Notes under the pieces: generated by a model | Seen by the model: the letters and a program-made list of their open reading frames with translations, nothing else | Told to the model about the DNA's origin: nothing | Database searches by the model: none | DNA from: Hormiphora californensis | Taxonomy: Eukaryota; Animalia; Ctenophora | Assembly (NCBI GenBank): GCA_020137815.1 | Contig: CM035362.1 | Location: 5,208,001-5,272,000, forward strand | Direction of reading: 5' to 3' | DNA: 64,000 nt | Shown: piece by piece, positions 1-64,000 of the stretch | Layout of the letters: every line of letters begins with the position of its first letter | How positions within the stretch are numbered: position 1 is the stretch's first letter | Program-made: the position numbers and the translations under genes

Positions 1-293
1 GTTGGGGTGAAACCCAGGGACCATCCACAGGGGGTTAGGGGGAGGAAGCAAGGAACGTTAACTGGAAGAACACAGGCGGATAAGTTGGCAAAGTGCAAAC
101 GTTGCTGGCCCCCAGCGTGGGATAAGGCAGCGCTTTTCAAGCGGATAAGTTTTAATACTTTTTGTTTGGCAAACGTTGCTGGCCCCCGATAGGATAAGGC
201 AGCGCTTTGGCAAACGTTGCTGGCCCCCGCCCCCCGGGATAAGGCAGCGCTTTTCAAACTTTTTGGGGTTTGGTTTTGTTCGGAAAACGTTAA

Positions 294-542
294 AATCTGG
301 GTGCCTTTCATTGCTAACAATTCGTAGTTTTAGCGCGCGCGACGGGTTAGGGCTATCCGTTAGGGTCTGGTTAGGGTTTGGTTTGGGGTTATCGGTTAGG
401 GCTATCGATTCTCTATCAGTTACCGTTTAGTTTACTCAAATTGGCCATGTGGTTGCGTGGCTATAGCCGTTTGAAAAAAGTCGGTCTAAGTGTACTCTTT
501 TGGTAGCGCGCACCTGTAAACACGCTGCAAGGCACCCAGATT
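294..542. mobile_element. Small inverted-repeat element with internal TTAGGG-like repeats
   Basis: AATCTGGGTGCCTT (294-307) is the reverse complement of AAGGCACCCAGATT (529-542); interior GGTTAGGG motifs. Confidence 0.45.
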
Positions 543-1420
543 AAAGTCCATTTTTATTCAACTGTTCACCCCTCAACTCGTGTTGGTAACGAAGTTACCC
601 CTCCCTTGCCGGCGCGGCGTGCGAAGCACGCCAAACGAAGGCCGCGAAGCGGCCTGAGTAGGGGTAACAAACCCGCTTTGATTCACTTCAAAAATTAATA
701 GCTCCTCAACCACTCAATGAAAATGCACCAAATTTTGGTATTCCCCACCAAATTGTCTGAAAATTATAATTCTGTACTCATATTTAAAAAATTATCCCCG
801 GAACCTTGGTTTTGAAATCAGTTTTAGGTGTTAATGATGAAAAAAATTTTTGAAAAAGTAGGTCAGGTATGCTTAACATCATATCAAAGATCGTGGCAAA
901 GTTTGAAGTTTCTATCTTGAAAGGTCTGGCCATCAAAATTAAAAAGGTCTTGAAGTTGAACCATTTGTACAAAACATGTTGTAACTCAGCTTCTACTTTG
1001 CCAAATTAAACCTGGTTTGAAACACTGAACTGCTAATCTATCCCTCCGAATACGGACGAAGTTTGAAACCGCCAGCTCTATTGGCCGCTCTGCAATACTT
1101 GTTTGTGTCAAAGAAATCAGGAAAGTAACGAGATTTGGTCTCGGTGTGGCCCTGTGCGCGGCTCAAACCCCTTAGCTAGAACTATGTAGTGTAGACTACA
1201 ACTTTTCAGTGCTCAGTATAACGTTTTGGGCGCGTTGTGAAAATAGGGGAAGCCCTTCTGATACCTCTAAACAGAGTGTGAGGTGTCTTCGATACCAACA
1301 ACTCGTGCGCGTACGATATTTTAATTTACGCTGCGCGCGCTACACGTTAACATGTGATAAACGCGCAAAACAATTCCGCGCACGACTTTGGGGGGTGAAC
1401 AGTTGAAAAAAAATGGAGTA
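542..1420. mobile_element. TA-bounded TIR element (long member of a MITE family)
   Basis: Left end TAAAGTCCATTTTTATTCAACTGTTCACCCC is an inverted match of right end GGGGTGAACAGTTGAAAAAAAATGGAGTA. Contains GCGAAGC hairpins. Confidence 0.6.
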
Positions 1421-1665
1421 TATGCACTCAGCACTGTGTCAGTCAAGACAAATGTGAAAAATCAAAATTGTTTTACAAATTTTGAAAATTTTGAAATTTA
1501 AAAAAATCGCATGTTCTCCTGATCTTCGTAAAATGCGCTTTTGGGTTATGTAACGCGCCTTTATGTCTTAGTATGCGCTGCAGGCCCGCTTGCGCGCGTT
1601 TTACTTGGCTTTTTGGATTTTTTTCAGCGGAACGCGAACAAAACGGGCGCGATTATATATTTTTT

Positions 1666-1819
1666 TACTCCATTTTTTTTCAACTGTTCACCCCCCAAAG
1701 TCGTGCGCGGAATTGTTTTGCGCGTCTATTACATGTTAACGTGTAGCGCGCGCCACAAAAATTCTAAATTTCACTGAAATTTCGATTTTGGGTGAACAGT
1801 TGAAAAAAAATGGACTTTA
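1666..1819. mobile_element. MITE, same family as 542-1420
   Basis: TIRs TACTCCATTTTTTTTCAACTGTTCACCC / GGGTGAACAGTTGAAAAAAAATGGACTTTA; inverted copy of 1330-1420. Confidence 0.7.
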
Positions 1820-1848
1820 CTCTGTAGGTCCATTAAGCAAGGGACCTG

Positions 1849-1989
1849 TAAAGTCTTTTTTTTGAACTATTCACCCAAAAGCTGAAATTGAGAATTTTTG
1901 TGGCACGCGCTACACGTTAACATGTGATAAACACGCAAAACAATTCCGTGCACGACTTTGGGGGGTGAACAGTTGAAAAAAATGGCGTA
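1849..1989. mobile_element. MITE, same family as 542-1420
   Basis: Inverted, diverged copy of 1666-1819. Confidence 0.65.
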
Positions 1990-2217
1990 TAGAGCTTGTC
2001 AAGAACAGTACTAAACAATCTAAACTAAAAATGTTTAGGGCAATTTACCCCTGAACCACCCTGAGCTGACCAAGCTACTGGGTTTAGGGTTAAACGCCTA
2101 ATCCTTCTCCCTTCCCTGCCTTGTTACTGAGACTGTTTGAAAACATTTCAAATCTACAAAAACTAGTTAGTAGGTTGTAACAATCGAATCTTCTACAGGA
2201 TATGTCCTCCGCCTGAG

Positions 2218-39246
<37,029 letters not shown>

Positions 39247-40074
39247 AAGAATGGTGTAAATCAAAATGGGAATTAACCCGAGAGACAGTTTACCACTTTG
39301 ACTGAGAAAAACATGTGAATTGTGAGCAACGCCACAGTTTGGACATTATCTAACATCTCCGTCCCAATTCATTTTATATTATGGATATATTATGGATATT
39401 ATCATTTATCATGAGATACATGACTCGGCCCAGTAATATTATATAGTATACAGAGAGGGAAATGTTAATAGTTGTTAATAAAACTTATGCTAGGGCCTTT
39501 CAGCTGTGTTTCCTGTGTTGAGAAAGGGGTCCATTATATGATTATGAAGCACAAGGATTTTTGGAACGAGCTTTTCGATTCTCATTATTATCCTAGTCGG
39601 GATTGTGATCTTTCAAGCTAGTAATCGCAGTTTTGAGTTTATGTTTATCCTTTTAAAATTCCTATAAAGTTATTTTCTAAACACACAGACTAATCAAACA
39701 TTTATTAACATACAGTCATGATCTGAGTCATCCAATAGTAATATAGTAAGTAATATGTACCCCCCATTACTAACTTTAATCCGTCTGATTGTGCGTGTCC
39801 GTGGGATTTTCACAGATTTTTTATGTGGCATTATGATTATTATTTGCAAAGTTATTATCGTTTGATACTGTTATTTCTACACCATTTACAACTATAAATT
39901 TACATACATATCTTTCTCTTTTTATAGATTCCTTTGTCTCTTGGAAGACTCGGGATTCCAATAGCCAATGCGTGGAGTATTGTTGTCATAATCATAATGT
40001 AATTGTATGTCGTTTTTCGATTAAAATGTGACATCGCCTTGGCCAGATATATTCAAATCAATATGTTCCTACTA

Positions 40075-40247
40075 CAGTCGGACCCCGATTTACCGGGATG
40101 CTCGGGGGAAAGGGTTTTGCCCGGTAAATCGGGGTGTCCGGTATATCGGGGTCAAATACCGTTAATTTCCTAGATCGGGGGACATTTATCCTCCCGGTAA
40201 ATCGGGGTTCCGGTAAATCGGGGTTCCGGTAAATCGGGGTCCGACTG
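40075..40247. mobile_element. Family-B MITE
   Basis: TA target and matching TIRs. Confidence 0.88.
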
Positions 40248-41385
40248 TAATTGTTTTGTGTTCCTACTAATTGTATCACTTCTTTACAAAATGTTTCATG
40301 GTGGCATTTACTTTTTACCGTGAGTGAGAATGATATTATGTGTAACCATTTTCTCTTCAATCTCTTAAACCTTGGCTAACTGGCTGTTTTCATTGTTTGT
40401 CATTATCATGGAAGTTCCATTTAGTTGGAACTGGAGGTCAACATTGTTGACTCAACATATCGGGATTGGCGTCAGGCCAATGATCTGACCGCAGTTCTCA
40501 CGTGCGGCCCCGCTCTGGCAGCAAAAAATCGTGGTGGGAACCTCGAAAATTAGAGCAGGGGCTGTCTGGCACCGTGGACACTGGACCGGGTCCACTGGAC
40601 CCCATCTGAGCGCTTTGTCTCAAATCTTGTTCAATGTTCTTACTTTACAAGGCAAGTCGGGGTCTGGCACCGCCAGGCAGAGCCGGGGGGCCTTAGAGCC
40701 AGTGATTGGGATCAGCGTGGCCAGACTCCCAGACAAGGTCTGTCAGTACAGTGTCTGTCAGAGCATTGGCCTGACCCTGTCCGAGAACTGTGGTCAGAGC
40801 ATTGGCCTGACAGGTCAGTTTCAGATGGATGGCCTGATCATTTGGGGATCATTTCTTTCAAGAGAGAACCGCGTTCAGAGCCTGACGGAGCATTGAAAGA
40901 CAATATGGTGAAGATCCTGGATTACCAGACCCCGTTTTGATTCTGCGTTCAGCCCCGCCGGGGTGCCGGACAGGTCTTTTGGGGACTCGTCAGACGGCAC
41001 TTCTTGGTACCCTAATATACAATTAAAATAAGCTTTATTTTTGGGGATATAAGAAATCTTTTTCAAGTAGAAAAGAACAAAATTCATTTTGAAATCATAC
41101 GTCTGCATTAACTAGTCTCTTTTTTATATGTCAGTCTCTCTCACTCTCTCTCTCGTTCTCTTTCTCTATCTTTCTCTCCTCTCTCTCTCTCTCTCTCTTT
41201 CTCTCTCTATTTTTTATCAACTTGTCAAATACTAGTCCCACTATAGATAATCACTTGTAAAAGAGAAGCAGCAAGTGAAAAACTTGCAAAATAATGCAAC
41301 AAAAAAACATAACGATGTATTCAGATTCTTCAGCGAGTTATTCACTAGTTGGTGGCATGAGAGTACCCTCAAATTTATTGGTCAC

Positions 41386-41727
41386 TAGTGTCTGACGGTG
41401 TATAAGGTCCAAATGAGGCACGGAGCTTTTCTGAATCAGCTTTTCAATGAAATTTTCAAGACGAATCCAACGCAACAGGAATTATCTTATCGGGAAGGTT
41501 CGGTTCACTCGCACTCATTTTTAGTAATTTTTGCCGCGCGAGCCAATCAGAGGCCAGAATTTCGAAATCCAGCCCTCTGATTGGCTCGCACAGCCAAAAA
41601 TGAAAAAAATGAACCACACCTTCCCGATAAGATAGAAAGCTAATTCCGGTTGCGTTGGATTCGTCTTGAAAAGCTGATTCAGAAAAGCTCCGTGCCTAAT
41701 TTGGACCTTATACACCGTCAGACACTA
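41386..41727. mobile_element. hAT-like foldback MITE
   Basis: TIR TAGTGTCTGACGGTGTATAAGGTCCAAAT; perfect 8-bp TSD TTGGTCAC; almost wholly palindromic. Confidence 0.9.
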
Positions 41728-42998
41728 TTGGTCACACAAACATGAACAGAGGGTAGTCACACAGTCAAACTCGCATCACACATGACACACAGTACGTGTA
41801 GAAAAACTCAGCAAAAACATTCGTCCGGAAAGCAACTAACTTTCATTCTAAAACACCCAAAACGGTTAAAAGAAGGGTTAACAATGCCTAAAATATAGGC
41901 TTTCCTAATTAACATAGCACACACAGTTTAACAATTTCTTTTTTCGTCTCTCTTTGCGATCTTGTCAGTATATTTGCATTGTCATTTAATGGAAAACAGC
42001 GACAGTTATTATCTTTTTCTCGTGAGAGAATATTTAGGGCCTCTCTTATCGGCTACTCGGTCGGCCGTTTGCCATCTGCAACAGAGCAAATACTCCCTCG
42101 GCGCTCTTCCTGTCGATAATTATACTCTTCTTCGCAGCGGCTCGTAATGCTGCGGGTTGGTCTGGGCTGCTATTCTCACTGAAAATAGAGAGGGAAGGTT
42201 AATGGAGGGGTGTAAGGTGCCCCTGGGGTTGCCGCCTTGCTGATCACGTGTGGGAACGGTAACCAGGGGAGATTGAGGGACGGAGGGTGGTGCGTGCGCG
42301 CTCCTTTCGCGCGCAATCTGTCAACTTTCTCCCTTGGAGAGTGGAGAAAACTAGCAATAGCGTGTGAAGACCACGAGGGCCCTGATAGCGGATCAATGTG
42401 ACGATAACGCAACACCGTGATATCATCTCTCTCACCTTGAGGATGTGTTGGGGGTGGCAGGCGTGGTCGGAACTAGGCGTCGTCCTGGGGTATGGAGTCA
42501 TGTGAGTCATCGATCATATAATATGCAGGTCGCAGGAGACAGAATATTTTGAGAAAAGGTAAAAAAATCATCATCAAACTTACGAAGTGCCGCTGCGGCG
42601 AGTGCTGGCTTTCCTCGCATTAAACAAAGTGTAGCTGCGGCGGCGGCTTCCTCATCTGAAACAATTTGTTAATATTAACCAGTGAAACATGTGTTGTTCG
42701 TAAAAACTAATTCTAATTTCTTTTGTTAACATTAAGTATTAAAAAAGTATTGAAGCTTGTTGGTATAATAATAGGCCGTATAAAGTTGTCGTACTACTAT
42801 GGCCTGGTTCGGAGAGGCCAGCCTTTTGTGAGACAAGTCCAGCACACAATGGACAGAAAAACGCTGTGAGTTGTATAATGTACGGAGCGGGGTATGTATA
42901 AATTACAATAGCACACACACACAGAGACAGACAGACAGTGTATGCGTACATTGTGATTAACAGAGTGTACGGCGCTATGACAAATTGAGAAAGAGAGA

Positions 42999-43047
<49 letters not shown>

Positions 43048-43229
43048 GAAGAGAAAAAGGGGAGAAAAAAGGGGAAAGAGAGGAGAGGGGGGGCCTCTTG
43101 ACTTTGGCTATAAATTTTTTTTCAGTAGTATGTTCCCTATCCCGTCTCAATTTTGTAGAGAGAGGGAGATAGGGGAAGGGGAAAGGGGGAAGGAGAGGGG
43201 AAGAAGGGAGAGAGAGGGGAAAAGGGGGG

Positions 43230-43261
<32 letters not shown>

Positions 43262-44541
43262 GAGAGAAGAGAAAAGAGAGGAGAGAGAGAAGAGAGAGAG
43301 AAAAGAAAGAGAGAGAGAGGGAGAGAGAGAGAGAGAGAAAGGGGGAGAAGAGAGATGAGAGATAGAATATGTGAGACGTGGGGACTGTGAGGAGGAAGCC
43401 CCATTTCCCAGCCTGTCTCTAAACAGCTGCCACCAAGATGTTCCAATCAGCCATAGAATAAAATTTTCCCTTCAATCCCCCCTTCAAACCCCCTTTTCCC
43501 AAACGACCCCCCCCCCCCCCCCAAATTTTTTCCCTACCCCCGGGAAAACAAAATCTTCCCCCCCCCCCCCCCCTTGGTAAAGCAATTGACAGCCCGCAAC
43601 CTTAGAAATTTTTGGAGAAAAAATCCCTAATAAGTGATCATCTGCTCCTTCATAAAACCACCTGCTCCTTCACAACACCATCTGCTATAACTAACCCATC
43701 ATCATGGAATTTGTACCGTTTAGACTTTCACCATTCGTATTTGCAGCAGGTCGGTGTGGTAAACCCAAATACACCGGAAAACCATACATCACGTATTACA
43801 AAAAATGTAGGAAAAAACAACGATGCCTTTGACCGCACTACCCGAGTGTTTAAAAATCTCTCCCAAAAACACACACACCAACACACCCCAAACACAAACA
43901 CACAACCACAAAACCGCAAGTTTGTCACCACGCGAGGGGGGACAAGTTGCCAAGAAGATCCCCCTCCCCTTGGTTCGAAAGTTCCCCCTCCCTTTTGCCC
44001 CGAGATGACAGCCCAGTGATAGTCTCACATCGATCAAGCGGAAAGCAAACGATTCCCCTTATTCCCATTATTATTATTCCATCCAAGCGAGAAAGCATAT
44101 TGAATATATATTGTCTGTCGTTTTGGGGAGGAGGAGAGAAAGAGGAGGGGGCGATCTACCTAGTTTGAAGGGTGGGGTTACTTGGGATGAGACAAAAAGA
44201 GAAGATTGGAGAGAAAGAAGGAAAGTTGAGGGATAGGCAGCATGCTGTTGTTAGGGTGGGGGTCTATAAAAATGCAAATATTAATTGCTATTCCGCTTAC
44301 TTATCCAACAAAATATTCATGAGACCCTTTTAGGAACAACCTCTCTCATAAAAAAGAAAGGCCCAGTTTTTTACATTTGGGCTTCATTCGACGGATCGAC
44401 ACGATAAACCTATTTTGTTTCATGGGAGCATGTGGTGGAATGTGGCGTTATGTAAACATAGTCAAACGTGCACAGATCAACTTGTACAAACACTCCAGGG
44501 GGCAACTTACAGAGTCTTGTACAAACATATATAGGGATGGG

Positions 44542-44641
44542 NNNNNNNNNNNNNNNNNNNNNNNNNNNNNNNNNNNNNNNNNNNNNNNNNNNNNNNNNNN
44601 NNNNNNNNNNNNNNNNNNNNNNNNNNNNNNNNNNNNNNNNN
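44542..44641. other. Assembly gap (100 N)
   Basis: N run; flanks at about 43450-46560 are homopolymer-inflated, low-quality sequence. Confidence 1.
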
Positions 44642-47312
44642 CCCAAATTTTTTTGGGCACCCCTTTCCCTGGAGGTTCAATCCATTAGACAAAAGGCTTA
44701 TAAGGAAAAATCCCCCAAATTTTCTCATATCCTACCTTTTAAAAAAAAAACCCTTTTCTCCCACGATTCTGCTTTCCCTTTTTCATTAAAAAAGCTTATA
44801 AAGAAAAAAATTTTTACAAGGGTCAAGTTGTTCAAATCCTAATTTTTAAAAACCCTTTCCTACCATTTTTTCCACCCACACCCCCTTTTAATTTTGGAAC
44901 TTTAAATTTTTTGTGTACCCCAAACCCAACCCAAAAACTCCGTGGGAAAAACAGAGTTTTAAAAATTTGGAAAAAAATTTTTAAAAGATAGACAACAAAA
45001 CGGCAAGCGGGGGGGAAAACAGGATGAAAATTTTGGGTGGAAAGAAAAAAAAGCCAAAACCGGGAACGGAAAAGGGGGAGGGGAGTGAGCATTGTTAGAA
45101 AAAGGAGCCCGAGGAAGAGAGGAGAGAGAGAAAAAACGGGAAGGGAGGAGAGGGGGGGGAAGAGAGGGGGAGAGATAGGGAGGAGGAGAGGAGGGAGGGG
45201 AGGGGGAAGAGAGAGAAAGACAGAGAAAGAAAATAAGAAGTCGTGTTTATATAGCTGGGTGTAGACTGATCGATCATCGCAAAAAACGTTCAGTAATTTC
45301 ATTTTGACCCCCCGGTAAAGCTAGCGCACGGGTTGACCAGATATAATAAATGGAGCTTCACCCAGTCTGACTTCCTCCCGATAAACACCCTCCCTCACAT
45401 GCCAATATATAATATTATGGTCTCTTCTAAACGTTTCTATTTTTTATCGAGTGATAATGGTAGACTTAACAAGTTGAAGGACCCAAATGAGCGACATAAT
45501 AAATTTTAGGGGGGCCCCTAGGTATCAATTCAGCACCCCCCCCCATTTGGTAGGTTTCTTTTTTCAAGGGGGGGGGTCTAAATATATGGTAGCTCGTGAG
45601 CCAGGAAGAGACCTTTTCCCAAAAAAACGCTAAAAACTTATATTCTCCCCCCCCCCTTCTAAAAAGGGTTTGAAAAAAGGGAACGTTGCCTGAAAACGTC
45701 TAAAACCCACTAAAATAAGAGGGGGGGTGTTTATCTTTTCTATCCTCTTCCTTTATTTTTCTCTCCCTGCCTGAATTACTCAAGCGGGGGTGGGTGCAGT
45801 TACCCAGTAAAAAGCGTTATAAAACTTTGGGGGGAGGAAAGCGGTCTTATAAATTACCTCTTTTTCAGAATTAAAAAAGGGGGGGGGGGGTTATAGGATT
45901 GGGTTTTAACCCCCCTAAAAGACCTGCGGTTGGGGAAAAACTCTAATAAAACCAATGGGAACCCTTCCCCAATTTTAGGGTGAAAACACCAATTTATTTA
46001 ATTTTTTTTTTTTTAAAAGGGGAAAGAGAAAATTTAAGAAAGGGAGGAAAAATGTGGGGAAAGGGGTTGGAAAGAGAGGGGGGAAAGGGGTAGGAAGTAA
46101 AATTCTAAGTGAAATCCGGACTATGGAAAAAGGGGGGGGGGGGTCCCCCAAAAAAAACTTACCAACGCTCTTTTTTTTTTTTGAAAATTGTTAAAAAATT
46201 TGGAGGGTTTTCCGCTTTTCGCTTTTTGATTTAAACGGGAAAAACCAATTTTTTTTTAAAATCATTTCCTTTTCCCCGGGGGGGTTAAACCCAAAAAATA
46301 GTTCAAGGGGGAGGGGGTTTGGAAAGAAATTTGGGGGGCACCCGTTTGAACTTTTATTTTGGGCTCGGGTCGGACAATTTGGTCAAAACCGGGGGTGGGA
46401 ATTTTTTTATTTTGAATGGCTTGCGGGGGGGTTTTTTCGGGGGGGGAAAAAAGGGGGGGGACATAATTTTAGGGGTGGGGGGAAAAAAGGGGATAAGATG
46501 GGGTATTTTTTGGGGAAAAAACCCATTTTTGGTGGGGGAACAGGCGGGTTTTGATTGGTCCCTTCAGGATGGATGATTTGCTGGGTGAGTAGAGTGCTCC
46601 GGGGAAGCTCTTGGATAAGCTGGCTCCAGCTAGCCTGGACTCTTTTTTTACTGTCATACTCGCCATTAAATAACTAGAGAAGGATAATAAATTAGGGGTG
46701 TCAAGGCAGATTAGTAAATCACAGAGATAGACAACTCAGTGGCAGTGCAACTCTCAGAAAAAGATGTGCCAAACGCCCATCCCCAGCAAAATCTAAGTTC
46801 ACCATCCAACGCGACTCACATCAGCTTGGAAATCCACCCGCGCGCTTCATATTAAATAAAAGCCGCGCAAAGAGGTGATGCCATACCACGCGCAAATACA
46901 ATGCCGCGCCGCGCAGAACGCTTGTATTGAATTGGATCCGATTTTTTTTAAAATCGAACCGACTCTTTTTTTAAATGTTTAAAAAAATCAATCCTCAGAT
47001 TTCAATTTTCAAAAGCGTGAAAAACGCGTCTTGCAGCCCCTGGACCCTGCTCGTTGGCTTCTATCCCTACACGCCCGCCGGGGCTGCGCTCCTCGGCCTA
47101 GCTCGTTGGGGGTTTCACCACTGACCACGTCTGCCAAGTGCCACCCCTAGCACCGTACGCAGAGGAAGACACGGCACACTCTGCAGTTTGCAGAGGGAGA
47201 CCAAGCTCTGTCTCTGGCGACTCCCTTCTTTTTTACTATTTAAGGGTATATCGAGGGATTTTTGAGTGCAGGGCAATCTCTCCATATGAACTTGTATTTT
47301 GTAGGCCATGCT

Positions 47313-47581
47313 AAAAAAAAGCAAAGCAGGCCAGCTTGGATAAATCCATTGCAGGGGGTGCTGATATCCCTTTCAATCGCGTCAGCCACGGTCCTTCCGG
47401 TACAGATTTCTCTGCAGCGTAGTCAGGCGCTACCCCACAACATACGCCCTCGTGTTGCTTTCGGGTCTCTCAAGAGAGCCCCTACCAATCATAGCTTGGT
47501 CGACTAGACGACATGCGCTAGACCAGGATCGAACCCGGGACCTAGTGCGTGAGAAGCGAGTGTACTAGTACACCACCCTGC
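47313..47581 (-). mobile_element. tRNA-headed SINE-like element or Pol III RNA
   Basis: Minus strand starts GCAGGGTGGTGTACTAG (A-box-like), contains GGTTCGATCC (B-box), then a body of about 200 nt and a T8 run. It does not form a full cloverleaf. Confidence 0.55.
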
Positions 47582-47749
47582 TAAAGGGTTAAGGGACCTT
47601 AAATATACAGAAATCATATTTTTGCCACAGCCGGTTTCTTTTCCCTTGTTTCACCGGACCTCTCCAGGAGCAAGCACTAAACTTTTTAATGAATCACTGT
47701 GTCCTGTTGTATTGCAGGACGCCAGTTAACACAACTGCATTATTTTAGT

Positions 47750-63982
<16,233 letters not shown>

Positions 63983-64000
63983 GTAAACATGGGAATCAGA

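Noticed and set aside
345-402. Telomere-like TTAGGG motifs (also 32070-32125)
   Set aside because: Degenerate, interstitial and inside TIR-bounded elements; not a chromosome end.
42140-42420. Possible RTE-type retroelement 3' end (EWRKLAIACEDH)
   Set aside because: Resemblance too short, with no TSD or tail identified.
43450-46560. ORFs and G/C/A-run-rich composition around the first gap
   Set aside because: Low-quality, homopolymer-inflated contig ends.

Overview
Intron-rich animal genomic DNA from a draft assembly, with two 100-N gaps and error-prone sequence near them. The repeat content, nested genes and LDLa-rich GPCR suggest a ctenophore (Pleurobrachia-like); this is recall-based and unverified. 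The + strand carries two large genes reconstructed by hand from GT-AG exons. One is a complete myosin-X (46 coding exons, 2218-39246, about 1834 aa: motor, 3 IQ, SAH, split-PH1/PH2/PH3, MyTH4, FERM). The other is an integrin beta subunit (47750 to beyond the window end). Both host nested genes. Myo10 introns contain an antisense LDLa-repeat 7TM receptor interrupted by a TTAA-flanked foldback transposon, an antisense ORF faintly resembling Lines/LINS1, and a tRNA-Arg(ACG). Integrin intron 4 contains a same-strand Rap-like GTPase with an uninterrupted ORF. It carries residues equivalent to RAS-activating substitutions G12V, K117N and A146T. Myo10, beta-integrin and Rap act in one adhesion/filopodia pathway in mammals, so their co-location is the leading candidate system. 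Other notable patterns: a 109-bp hAT-like MITE sitting next to exon boundaries, repeated micro-duplications of splice sites, nested transposons, and an apparently uncollapsed second haplotype showing filled versus empty insertion sites.
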